The notes under the pieces were generated by a model. It searched no databases and had not been told where the DNA came from. It saw only the letters and a list, made by a program, of their open reading frames with translations. Of a stretch of 64,000 nucleotides of DNA, positions 25,105 through 34,794 are shown one piece after another. Source of the stretch: a virus; IMG/VR virus record IMGVR_UViG_3300035698_017497, positions 32,001-96,000 of that record, one strand, 5' to 3'. The number at the start of each line of letters is the position of its first letter. The stretch's first letter is position 1. The translations under genes were made by a program, and so were the position numbers.

Positions 25105-25370
25105 GTATTCAATATCCGTACAGATCGAATAAAGAGAGATTTGCAATTAATTCGATTAAAAGAGATTGGGGTATAAGATATACTTCGACCTTGTTGGGTA
25201 TTGCAGCTATATCAGATTCTTCAGCCGAAGAGCATCGTGAATCATTGATGGGTATGCTATATCCACAAATGGCACATCTTAAACATGATCGTGCTAAACG
25301 CTTTGAGAATATGTTTTCAAAACTAAGAGAAATGGGACCAATTACTATCAGACCATCAAAAGGCGTGTAG
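25050..25370 (+). CDS. Frameshift extension of tail chaperone (gpGT-like)
   Basis: -1 frame relative to 24298-25062; no clear RBS for ATG 25086. Confidence 0.6.
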   Translation, partial: PKILTLADNIARMELLARGIQYPYRSNKERFAINSIKRDWGIRYTSTLLGIAAISDSSAEEHRESLMGMLYPQMAHLKHDRAKRFENMFSKLREMGPITIRPSKGV

Positions 25371-25440
25371 ATTAGCACGCCTTTAATTATATTTTATATA
25401 TAGTACATAATATAATGCAACCTATACGGATTTAAAAAAT

Positions 25441-28400
25441 ATGCCAAATCCACAAAATAGAATGGCTGGTTACGGACCGATTTCTGGTAGACCTGAGAGT
25501 TCTGCTGGAGCTCAGTATTTTGGAAATAGTATTGTTGGCGATGGAGATATCTACTATGCAGACATGATGCATCAGCAGAAAATAAACCAGTATCACCAGC
25601 AAAAATTACAGTCAAGTAGAATGCCGGCACAGGTTCTTTCTAAGCTGGCTGGAGATCCATCATACTCATACAATACTCCTGGAGCGTATCAAAATTATCA
25701 GTACGCTGAGAAGACTAGGCTTCAGCAGTCTAGGTTAATTACTGGTGGCGCAATAGCTAAGACTGCTACAAGTTTAGCTACTTGGGGAGCTGCAGAAGCT
25801 GCTGTTTCAGCATCCAGTATTGGTGGAGCTGCTGGAATGTCTGCTGGTATTTTTTCTGCAGCAGGTGTAGCAGGGTTGGCTGCAACTACTGCGATTGCAT
25901 TGCCGGCAGCAGCAGCGTTAGGTTATGGCATAGACAAATCTGTAAAAAGCAGGATGAGATTACAGGCAATAAAAAGTGATACATTTTCATATAGGAACCA
26001 GATTGGACTGTTAAGATCATTATCAAAATATTCAGATGCTGCAGGCAGCGAGATTTACAATGAGATAGAGTCGTCAACTGGACGTGGCAAGGATTCGTTC
26101 TTTGGTAAAGAGGAGCAGGCTAGAATTTATAAAATGGCAACAGCTAGCGGAATGCTTACTGCAACAAAAAAAGGCTCAGTAGATTCTGGCACTATAAAGC
26201 AATATAGTAAGAACTTTAAAGACATGAAGGAAGCCACCGAGGAAATCGTTAAATTGATGGGTACTACGATTGAAGGCGGGATGTCTATTATAAATGAGAT
26301 GAAGAATTCTGGTTTTGGAAATATAAATCAGATAACTAATCAGGTTAGAGCCGCAAAGGCTATGGGTGATGTTACCGGTGTTGGCACTCAAAATATGCTT
26401 AACATAGCAGCCGCAGGAGCTCAAGCAACTCAAGGGACTCCATACTCATCGCAGCTAGGAGCCAATTCTTACATGTACTCTGCTACGCAAGCAGGCGTAA
26501 TGGCTAGATATGGAGATCAAGGACAGCAGCGCGCAGTTGCTAACGTAGGTGGGGTTGCAGCAGCTGGAGATATAATGGCTAGGGCACAAATGAATCTCAT
26601 GTCTTCTGATATGGGAACTAAGGTTATGTCAGCCATGATGAATTCCGAGGGTGGCATAGATCCAGAAAAAGCCAAAAGAGTTATGGACGGCAAGACAAGC
26701 GCGTACGATATAGTTGCAATGTCTAACAATACAGGTTATAGTATGGGCAGCAAGAAAGCTATGATAAATGAATTTAAGTCAGATTTTGCTAATAATATGG
26801 GTAAATATAATATTTCACCAGACCAGATTATGCAAAAATCTTTCGAGGCTTGGAGATCTCAGTACAGTTATGCTGGCGACAAAGAGGCTGCATATGCATT
26901 TGCTGAAAAATTCACCAACGGAGATCAGGCTGCGACGTCTCTTTTGTATAAGCAAATATACGGCAGTAAGGGCTATATGACTATGAATAGAGCCTCTAAG
27001 TTAGCAGAGGGCCAAGGCACTATACGGAATAGAAAAACTAAAAACGTGTTCTCGGCAGTATTTGATAAAACACTAAATGTTCCTTTAACAATAGCTGGGG
27101 GCGCATTAGTAACGGGAGCAGTCGGAGCACTTGATACATTTTCTGGTATGGGTAAAGATATTGGCAAAGGGTTCTTAAATTTAAATGATGCGGTTATAAG
27201 AGGATTTGGCGGAACTGTTGAGCGTACTAGCTTTGGAGACCCAAATTCTGCATTGAAAAGAATGTATAATGCTGATGGATTTGGTATGACTAATGAAGAA
27301 ATCGAGATTGCAAAAACTGGTGCTTCTGAAATGAGATCTCAATATATGAGTGAGAAGGCTTCTCTTAATACAAATAAGTCTAAGACTACCCGTGCGCACT
27401 TATTAAAGAGTATAGTAAATGGCGAAGTATACACTATGGTAAATGGAAGAAGATCTCAGAAGCTTTCAATAGAAGCTCTGGCTGAGTATAAAAATAGAGG
27501 AGATATATTAGCTGGAAATCTAAAAGAGCTTAGTAGGGGCGATACTGATCGAGCCATGACTGGAACTATATTCTCTTTACTGTCAAAGGGTGATGTTGAC
27601 ATTACTGGAAAAGAGACTTTTTCAGAAAAAGCAAGATATAATTTGATGAATATTGACGCTGCACTTGGTGGGATCGATGGAAAATCATCAGCAGCTTTGC
27701 AAAGATTCAAGCAGCAAGGATCAAAGACAAGATTTGACAACTATGCTGCAATTGGGTCTATTTTACAAGACAGGAATGCTGAGCTCCAAAAGACTAGTAT
27801 AGTTGTATCAAATTATACTGGGTGGCTTGTCGGGGCTGGGCTTAAAACCCAAAAACAGCAGTCTGATTTTTTTGCAAAAAAACAAGCTGGAGCATCAACA
27901 TCTGAGGCTTTAAGAAGCGCGCAAGGCAAAATGGGTATGTGGGACGCATTTAAGTATAAATATACAGGAGGATTAGGTTTATATGCAAAAGCAATAGACG
28001 CTGTAAGTGGAGTAGACGAAGTAAGAGAGTATAGATCTAACGTGATGGGTGTATCATCTTCAAGACTTATGTCTGAAGCGTCGTCATCGGTAGCCTCAAT
28101 GGAGCTAACCACTAATCAAGCTGGTGTCGAAATATCTAAAGATGCTAAAGCAAGCTATGAGTCAATTTTAACAAAGTCGTTTAAGCCTATAACATCCAAA
28201 GATGGCAGAGTTATAAAAACTGCTGATCAAGCAGCTGTTGACTTCTTCACAGGTGTAGAGTCTAAAAAGTATCTTAAGACAATAACTGGCGCAACTTCTG
28301 GCTGGCTAAATAAGAAGCTATTGAGCGTCAAGGGTGTCGAGTCGGCATTTACCACACTCAACAACATTCTTGAAAATAGCGCACCTGCCGCATTTAATAA

Positions 28401-28704
28401 AGCAAGTCTTCAGCTTAGGGCTTTAGATAATCTTATATTAAATAATAAGGGTGAGGTTACTGTAGGGGATAAGATATACTCTTATGATAATGGTAATCAC
28501 ACAATAAATTATCGGACTACTGATGAGAATGGCGAGCTTAGCAAAGGAACTAAAGCTAAGGCTGAAGATATACAGGCTGCACGAGATGCATTAGCTTCAA
28601 GAGTGAAGATGAATCAGCCTGACGAAAATACAAGGGATACCGGGATGACTACAAACCCTGCACCTCCGATAATGAATTATTGGAACAACAAGTGGGTGAT
28701 ATAA
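25441..28704 (+). CDS. Tape measure protein
   Basis: 1087 aa, A/G/S/M-rich helical, hydrophobic Gly/Ala segment; follows the chaperone pair. Confidence 0.7.
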   Translation: MPNPQNRMAGYGPISGRPESSAGAQYFGNSIVGDGDIYYADMMHQQKINQYHQQKLQSSRMPAQVLSKLAGDPSYSYNTPGAYQNYQYAEKTRLQQSRLITGGAIAKTATSLATWGAAEAAVSASSIGGAAGMSAGIFSAAGVAGLAATTAIALPAAAALGYGIDKSVKSRMRLQAIKSDTFSYRNQIGLLRSLSKYSDAAGSEIYNEIESSTGRGKDSFFGKEEQARIYKMATASGMLTATKKGSVDSGTIKQYSKNFKDMKEATEEIVKLMGTTIEGGMSIINEMKNSGFGNINQITNQVRAAKAMGDVTGVGTQNMLNIAAAGAQATQGTPYSSQLGANSYMYSATQAGVMARYGDQGQQRAVANVGGVAAAGDIMARAQMNLMSSDMGTKVMSAMMNSEGGIDPEKAKRVMDGKTSAYDIVAMSNNTGYSMGSKKAMINEFKSDFANNMGKYNISPDQIMQKSFEAWRSQYSYAGDKEAAYAFAEKFTNGDQAATSLLYKQIYGSKGYMTMNRASKLAEGQGTIRNRKTKNVFSAVFDKTLNVPLTIAGGALVTGAVGALDTFSGMGKDIGKGFLNLNDAVIRGFGGTVERTSFGDPNSALKRMYNADGFGMTNEEIEIAKTGASEMRSQYMSEKASLNTNKSKTTRAHLLKSIVNGEVYTMVNGRRSQKLSIEALAEYKNRGDILAGNLKELSRGDTDRAMTGTIFSLLSKGDVDITGKETFSEKARYNLMNIDAALGGIDGKSSAALQRFKQQGSKTRFDNYAAIGSILQDRNAELQKTSIVVSNYTGWLVGAGLKTQKQQSDFFAKKQAGASTSEALRSAQGKMGMWDAFKYKYTGGLGLYAKAIDAVSGVDEVREYRSNVMGVSSSRLMSEASSSVASMELTTNQAGVEISKDAKASYESILTKSFKPITSKDGRVIKTADQAAVDFFTGVESKKYLKTITGATSGWLNKKLLSVKGVESAFTTLNNILENSAPAAFNKASLQLRALDNLILNNKGEVTVGDKIYSYDNGNHTINYRTTDENGELSKGTKAKAEDIQAARDALASRVKMNQPDENTRDTGMTTNPAPPIMNYWNNKWVI

Positions 28705-28705
28705 T

Positions 28706-29605
28706 ATGGCTGGACAAGACGATGGAAACGTAGCGTTAAGACCATGGGGAACAGGCACGACAGAGCATGATTACGGGCTAGCATCTATTATATTGTTCCA
28801 GAGTCCGGATAAGGGCGAAGAGGGTGATGATAAGCAGGCCCAATCTGTTAAAAGTAACTCTAGTGAAGATACTGTAAAGCGTATACCTGGAGTAAAATCT
28901 ATGGTTAGTATTGGTGATGCGTCAAATGAGACCGGATCAATAAACAACTATAGTGCAAAAATACTTGAGGGTATTCCATTGCAGTCATTGCAAGACCAAG
29001 AAATTGCGATGCTTAGATTAGAGCAAAACGATGCTGGCGAAAAGAATTATTACGGAGTATTTAACAACTTCTCGCTTGTGGGCGTTCAGGAAGCATCCGA
29101 GGAAAGTATCAAACTTCATGTTAACTTTTCTGAGTTTTGGAATTTATTCTTCTTTGGAGAAAAGCCTAAGATATACCAGTTTAATGGTCACTTTCTAGAT
29201 AGTAAAGAGTTTCCATATTACCAAGAATTCATGACTGCTTATAAGAAATATTTAAGCGGACGTAAGTCTGTTGAAAATAAAATGGAGATGGTTATATCTT
29301 ATCAGGGCAAATTCATTTCTGGATATTTAATATCAGTAAGTGTAGCGTCAACTGCCAACACTGAATTCTTAAAGCAATTCTCATTTAGTGTGGTGGTTAA
29401 GGATGAGGGATGGTCTAGAAACAATTACTTTATGGCTAGAACAGCTGAGAATAAAATTAAATATTCTGTAGGAGTGATAAATACTCTTGATAATAGATAC
29501 AGATTTCCGCAGAGTGAATTTCAATCATCCAATAATAATATTTCTGGATCGAACAATTCGGCTATCAATTATAATCCAGCCACCCAAGATGAGGCATCTG
29601 TTTAA
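28706..29605 (+). CDS. Putative baseplate/tube-initiator protein
   Basis: After tape measure; FFFGEKPKIYQFNG.FLDS pattern. Confidence 0.45.
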   Translation: MAGQDDGNVALRPWGTGTTEHDYGLASIILFQSPDKGEEGDDKQAQSVKSNSSEDTVKRIPGVKSMVSIGDASNETGSINNYSAKILEGIPLQSLQDQEIAMLRLEQNDAGEKNYYGVFNNFSLVGVQEASEESIKLHVNFSEFWNLFFFGEKPKIYQFNGHFLDSKEFPYYQEFMTAYKKYLSGRKSVENKMEMVISYQGKFISGYLISVSVASTANTEFLKQFSFSVVVKDEGWSRNNYFMARTAENKIKYSVGVINTLDNRYRFPQSEFQSSNNNISGSNNSAINYNPATQDEASV

Positions 29606-32265
29606 TGGCGCATAAAGCTTATAATTACCAATTCAAATTATTGCTCGAAGGTATAGAGATTCCATTTTACGGAGCGAATATAATAATGACTCCAAATGGT
29701 GCAGAGGCTACAATTAATCTTTATGAAACAAAATTGATATATGAGATAAAGCCTAAGACAGCTGTGCAGGTATGCTACAGAGACTGGATGCCATTTGGGG
29801 ATGATGCTAATAAGCAACAAAATTGGCGAATAATGTTTGATGGTAGTGTAAGTAAATTCTATAAAGTTGATCAGTCACATCAAGGCCGCGGGGTATCATT
29901 AGTCTGCAGGGACTTCAGGGCAGATATAAGGAAAACTCCAGCATCTATTGTGTATTCTGGAGGACAAGACTTTAGCGTTAACGAGACTAATGTAGCTGGC
30001 ATCAGCAGAACCTACTCAGTTAAGTATGGCTCCAGCGAACAGAACGCGACTCAAAGGCAATTTAAGGGCGATGCTCTGTCATCAATTTTGACTATACTTC
30101 AGAGGATAGCAGGAAATTCGGCAGGGCTAAACGATAAGCCGACATTATACAATTTGACTTCAATCAATTCAATGCTTAAGAAAATGATCAAAGAAGCTAC
30201 AGACGGTGGAACCCAGGCTCAGTTTGGTTTTTTCCTAGACGCTATGGCTAGAGGAGTATGGTTAGAAGCTACGAATGCGTCATCATTAGCTATCTATTTG
30301 AATAAGAGATTGAGGATGGATAAGCGTCTTCTGATTCCAAAGAACGAGGCTGGAACTCTTATATTTAATTCACAGCTTGGGTCTTTTGGCGAAGGTGGCG
30401 GTGCTCATATAGGTAGTATTATAATGGGACATTCAAGGTACTCAAGTGTAGAGGCTGTTATAATGAGGCTTGCCGCCTTATTTATGATGAGGCCATATGC
30501 ATGTAGTACTCCATCTTTAATAGACATATCTGCTGGGCGTAAGGATAATCGGACGCAGGTGATGGATGATCGTGTTTATAAATTTATGGTCACTGATCAT
30601 CCTGACGAATTTGGCGCACCATATATGATAAATCAAGGCATGATACTTCCACCTATGGAATTCACTGCACCTCCGAATTGCAATTTGATATTTCCATGTA
30701 TGACTACCAGAGTAGAGTGGAATCATGATTTTGATATGGATTACACAAGAGCTCACTACAGCGTTAATAACTTTTTTAATAATGGCGGGAGTAAAGCTTT
30801 TGGGTGCGAAACGTATTCTCTTCCAGCATCACTTAAAGAGAGTAAAGAAAAAGGAATGCTTCTAACTGAGGAAGAACGTTACAAAGGTGTGAATATGATG
30901 CAGGGGTCTCTTAGGAATGCTTTAATAAGAGATGACTCAATATCGGCATACCTTAGTACTACTAGTGATGTTAAAGCTTACAACACGGCGGTATCATTGG
31001 TAGCAGATCTTACTGCAGAGGTTGATGATCTAAAATCAAAAAAAGAAGGAAAATCTATTAAGATTTTAGCAACATTAACAAAAAAAATAAAGACAGTTGT
31101 CAGTAAGATGGAAAAGCAAAAGAAAGCTATAAAGATTGTTCAAGACGCTACCCAGAAAAAAGATGGCAGCGTTAAGAAGGTTGCTTTACATCATGCTATG
31201 GTGAAATTTTTTAATGCAAGGTATAGCGGGAGAGTATGTAATATAGAAATGACATTTAACCCATTTATAATGGCCGGCTTTCCTTCAGCCGTATTCTCAG
31301 GGGTCAATGTTCATGGCGAGGATGATTCTAAGAATATAATTGGAATGGTGCAGCAGGTGAAACATCTGATACAGATATCCCCAAATGGAGGTGAAGCGGT
31401 AACATCTGTAGTCTTGAACAACACAAGATTTGAAGATGAGCCAACTGACATGAACGATACCGGAGCCCCTCTATTTCTAAAAGCCACCAATAGAATTGAT
31501 GCCGAGATAGATCCTGAGACTGATGATTTGAGTGTTGGTTATTATACCCCCAATCCAAAGGGCGGATCTCAGTTTACTAAGAAAAATGAAGCTTTGTCAA
31601 AACTTAAAATCGACCCATACGACACATTCTCTTTAGACTCTACATATAATAAACCGTCTGAATATAAATACGTAAAAGATTTGGTATCGATATCCAAGGA
31701 AGATGCCGGCGCAGGGGTATCGAATAGAATATATCTTGACAAGACATACGAGCCAAACAGGGTATCGAAATTCTATAAAAATATATTGGGAATCCCAAAA
31801 AGCTTTATGCGTAATACATATTTTGGAGCTGATAAAAAGTCTCATACATATGCATATGATTCAATTCATGAGGGGCTTAGGAATATATCTGATAATAATA
31901 AAGACATGCTTAGTAATTATGAGAGTGCTATGAATTACATATATAGGAATGTAGTGTCTGTAAATAAATTCTTCGTAAATATCCTCGGCATGAGTAGAAA
32001 GATAGATCTTGGCAATGGTAGCGTCTACTCGAATAACCATGAGAACCCAAGCGTAGTCGCTGATAATGAGATAGACAGCGAATACTTTGGGGTGACAACT
32101 GTCGACTATAATGAGAATAAAAGCAAATACTATGTAAGGGGATTGCTTCCAGGAGATTTTAGCAGCGTTAAAGAGAGGCTCCCGGAAACCGCAATGATAT
32201 CCGAGCGCAAACAAGCTGTAAAAAAATATAGAGAGCAAGCATTAATTATTGCAACTAGACAGTAA
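29605..32265 (+). CDS. Putative baseplate hub protein
   Basis: KLLLEGIEIPF N-terminus, APPNCNLIFP, FNPFIMAGFP, GMVQQVKH; synteny. Confidence 0.5.
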   Translation: MAHKAYNYQFKLLLEGIEIPFYGANIIMTPNGAEATINLYETKLIYEIKPKTAVQVCYRDWMPFGDDANKQQNWRIMFDGSVSKFYKVDQSHQGRGVSLVCRDFRADIRKTPASIVYSGGQDFSVNETNVAGISRTYSVKYGSSEQNATQRQFKGDALSSILTILQRIAGNSAGLNDKPTLYNLTSINSMLKKMIKEATDGGTQAQFGFFLDAMARGVWLEATNASSLAIYLNKRLRMDKRLLIPKNEAGTLIFNSQLGSFGEGGGAHIGSIIMGHSRYSSVEAVIMRLAALFMMRPYACSTPSLIDISAGRKDNRTQVMDDRVYKFMVTDHPDEFGAPYMINQGMILPPMEFTAPPNCNLIFPCMTTRVEWNHDFDMDYTRAHYSVNNFFNNGGSKAFGCETYSLPASLKESKEKGMLLTEEERYKGVNMMQGSLRNALIRDDSISAYLSTTSDVKAYNTAVSLVADLTAEVDDLKSKKEGKSIKILATLTKKIKTVVSKMEKQKKAIKIVQDATQKKDGSVKKVALHHAMVKFFNARYSGRVCNIEMTFNPFIMAGFPSAVFSGVNVHGEDDSKNIIGMVQQVKHLIQISPNGGEAVTSVVLNNTRFEDEPTDMNDTGAPLFLKATNRIDAEIDPETDDLSVGYYTPNPKGGSQFTKKNEALSKLKIDPYDTFSLDSTYNKPSEYKYVKDLVSISKEDAGAGVSNRIYLDKTYEPNRVSKFYKNILGIPKSFMRNTYFGADKKSHTYAYDSIHEGLRNISDNNKDMLSNYESAMNYIYRNVVSVNKFFVNILGMSRKIDLGNGSVYSNNHENPSVVADNEIDSEYFGVTTVDYNENKSKYYVRGLLPGDFSSVKERLPETAMISERKQAVKKYREQALIIATRQ

Positions 32266-32285
32266 AATATAGTATTTTTAATATT

Positions 32286-32549
32286 ATGGAAAAATTAGCA
32301 ATTAAATTAGGACCAATGGCTCGCAAGATTGCACTGTATGGTGATTCATTTTCTAGAAGTGATGTTTTGCGCAATGCTTCTAAGAAGGCTAAGTTTGCCG
32401 ATGAGGTGTTTGAAGTGTCTCCGTCTAGGTATAAGTCCAACTTTCCAAGTATGAGCTCTGGAGCTGGCGAAATTGCAGCTGTTCCAAAAACATCGAGAGT
32501 TGCTGGGCAGTTAAATATAAAAGAGTTTACTCAATCTTACAGGCCATAG
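32286..32549 (+). CDS. Small basic hypothetical protein (MEKLA start)
   Basis: 87-aa ORF in the + strand operon. Confidence 0.55.
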   Translation: MEKLAIKLGPMARKIALYGDSFSRSDVLRNASKKAKFADEVFEVSPSRYKSNFPSMSSGAGEIAAVPKTSRVAGQLNIKEFTQSYRP

Positions 32550-32592
32550 AATTGATGCATGTTTATCTGTTTAATTTATTAAGGAGCTTTCA

Positions 32593-32925
32593 ATGAGTTA
32601 TGAAGATGTTTATACAGACGCTTACAATGATGAGCTGGAGAAGATTGCTAAGGAAAAGAAGCGCGGATTTAAGAGTAAAATTCTTGGTGCCGCAGGTTCA
32701 AGTTTTAATGCTTCAATGACTAGGGCTCTGCCAGCAGCTACAGTTGGAGCTGTGACCGGATATCTAATATCGAAAGGTTCCTCAGCAGCAGTTAGAAACT
32801 CGGCCACACGTATTGGTGGCAAGATAGGTGTGATTGTAGCGCTCCCATTTACTGCGTTAAAAATGTATAATAACGTTATCAAGTCTGAGAAAAAGTTTCA
32901 GAAAAAAAATAATAGTATTAACTAA
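32593..32925 (+). CDS. DELEKIA-motif protein 1 (putative internal virion protein)
   Basis: AAGGAG RBS; N-terminus MSYEDVYTDAYNDELEKIA, then basic and Gly/Ala hydrophobic segments. Confidence 0.75.
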   Translation: MSYEDVYTDAYNDELEKIAKEKKRGFKSKILGAAGSSFNASMTRALPAATVGAVTGYLISKGSSAAVRNSATRIGGKIGVIVALPFTALKMYNNVIKSEKKFQKKNNSIN

Positions 32926-32943
32926 TTTACCAAGGAGTTTTCA

Positions 32944-33420
32944 ATGAGTTACGAAGAGATCTACACAGATGCGTACAACGATGAGCTAGAGAAGATTGCT
33001 GAAGAAAAGAAGAATGGAGTTCTCGGCAAGGTTATTGGTGGAGCAGCAATTCTCGGTACTGGCGCTGGGGCTATCTTAGGCGGTAGAAGTTTTTTAAGAT
33101 CAGCTATTGGTAAATCTACGAAAAAGTATCTTGGAAGAAATAGCAGACGTTTAATGTCTGAAATGGAGTCTGACAGAGGTGATGTTGGCGGAGCCCTTAA
33201 AGACGCTATTGCCGAGGGCAGGTTAGGGATCGGGAGACGTACAAGATCTGGGGTATCTAAAGCTAGGGATATATATAATTCTAATACTGGAAAGGTTAGC
33301 GGAGCTTATAATTCTGCAAAAAACAAGATTAAAAACGCACCTGATAATCTTAGGGCTAGCTTAAAATCTCAAAAAGACGCCGCTTCTCTTAAGAGAATAA
33401 AGATTGATGTTGGAACTTAA
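32944..33420 (+). CDS. DELEKIA-motif protein 2
   Basis: AAGGAG RBS; N-terminus MSYEEIYTDAYNDELEKIA; glycine-zipper-like segment. Confidence 0.75.
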   Translation: MSYEEIYTDAYNDELEKIAEEKKNGVLGKVIGGAAILGTGAGAILGGRSFLRSAIGKSTKKYLGRNSRRLMSEMESDRGDVGGALKDAIAEGRLGIGRRTRSGVSKARDIYNSNTGKVSGAYNSAKNKIKNAPDNLRASLKSQKDAASLKRIKIDVGT

Positions 33421-33553
33421 TTTGGATTTTGTATAAACTACGTACAAAAAAACCAGCCATTAATACTTGTGGGTATTTTTCATTTTAAAAGATTGGATAT
33501 AATATGAGTTACGAAGAGATCTACACAGATGCGTACAACGATGAGCTAGAGAA
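32944..33553 (+). repeat. 50-nt exact direct repeat encoding the shared N-terminal peptide (32944-32993 and 33504-33553)
   Basis: ATGAGTTACGAAGAGATCTACACAGATGCGTACAACGATGAGCTAGAGAA twice; diverged copy at 32593 with mostly synonymous changes. Confidence 0.9.
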
Positions 33554-33971
33554 AATAGCATCGTCTAGAGCTGAGGCTAAAAGGGGCAAAATCGCAAAAC
33601 GATATCGTGATGAAGCTAAATGGAATGAATTTAATGAAGATCTTGAATCTTCCAGAACTAGAAAGGGAGCAGTTGCAAATGATGCTATAGTACTTGGAGG
33701 CATTGGTGCTGGAATAGCGTCAGGAATTGGAACTATTGCTTTAATTAATAAAATTAGAAAAGGTAAAGTGCCTACAAGCATAACGCATGGCGCACTAGCA
33801 GGAATGGGTGCTGGCTTAGTCGGAGGTGTAATGGTATCAGATAGAGTTACTAAAAATACTCCGTACGGGATAGCTTCAGATAAAGCTGTAAATAAGTACC
33901 GGAAATACCTTGAAGCCGAGTCTAGGCAAAAAAAGATTGATGAGATCAATCGATTAAAAAGCGAACTGTAA
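33504..33971 (+). CDS. DELEKIA-motif protein 3
   Basis: N-terminus MSYEEIYTDAYNDELEKIA; two glycine-zipper-like hydrophobic segments. Confidence 0.75.
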   Translation: MSYEEIYTDAYNDELEKIASSRAEAKRGKIAKRYRDEAKWNEFNEDLESSRTRKGAVANDAIVLGGIGAGIASGIGTIALINKIRKGKVPTSITHGALAGMGAGLVGGVMVSDRVTKNTPYGIASDKAVNKYRKYLEAESRQKKIDEINRLKSEL

Positions 33972-34001
33972 TAGCCATATACATTTATGTACAAAAATAT
34001 C

Positions 34002-34032
34002 AAGGCAGAGTTTATTCTCTGCCTTTTTTTTA
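34002..34032 (+). terminator. Rho-independent terminator
   Basis: AAGGCAGAG-TTTATT-CTCTGCCTT followed by a T run. Confidence 0.8.
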
Positions 34033-34089
34033 GCTATGGGGTGATTTATATTATATTATAGTATATATCTAATCCGGAGAGCGTAAAGT

Positions 34090-34794
34090 ATGGCACAGAC
34101 AGATGCTGAAAAAATATTAGAATGGCAGAAAACCAAAGATCCTCAACTGTTCTTCGACATTGTTAAGCAATACAATCCGATGATCCACAAAACTGTTAAT
34201 CAGTATAGGACTACCGGGCTGGCAAAGTCTACACTTAAGGCTAGGGCTCAGGCTGAGTTTTTAAATGCGATTGTATCGTATAGCCCCGAGTATAAAACTT
34301 TACCATCTACCCATATATGGAATCACCTTAGGAAGATTCAGCGCGCTGCCACTGAGTCTCTAACATCTGGGCGTATCCCTGAACATAGAAATCTTAAGAT
34401 GGCAACATTTGCAACCGTTAAAGCGAATCTGCGCGACCATTTAGATAGAGAACCTAGCTCAGTGGAAGTAGCTGAAGAATTGAAATGGTCTCCAAAGGCG
34501 GTAGAGATGATGGAGCGAGAGGTCAATGATGAAGTCACTGCGTCTAATGCAGAGTTTTCATTTTACGGTAATTCGACACAATTTGAAAATAAGGATCTGG
34601 CAAATGTTGAAATATTATATCATAGCAATGTGTCTCAGCCTGATCGCGTTATACTCGAGCACACATTTGGGTTTGGCGGAAAGACAAGACTTAACAATAA
34701 AGAAATTGCTAAACAATTAAACACAAATGAGATGGCCATTACCAGGGCTAAGAGAAAGCTCAGCGATAAAATAAGAGACATGAGGAGTGTATAA
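34090..34794 (+). CDS. Phage-encoded sigma-70 family (FliA/SigF-like) sigma factor
   Basis: Region 2-like Y.PMI...V.QY; region 3 L.REPS..EVAEEL.WS; region 4 HTH L.NKEIAKQLNTNEMAITR; GGAG RBS. Confidence 0.75.
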   Translation: MAQTDAEKILEWQKTKDPQLFFDIVKQYNPMIHKTVNQYRTTGLAKSTLKARAQAEFLNAIVSYSPEYKTLPSTHIWNHLRKIQRAATESLTSGRIPEHRNLKMATFATVKANLRDHLDREPSSVEVAEELKWSPKAVEMMEREVNDEVTASNAEFSFYGNSTQFENKDLANVEILYHSNVSQPDRVILEHTFGFGGKTRLNNKEIAKQLNTNEMAITRAKRKLSDKIRDMRSV

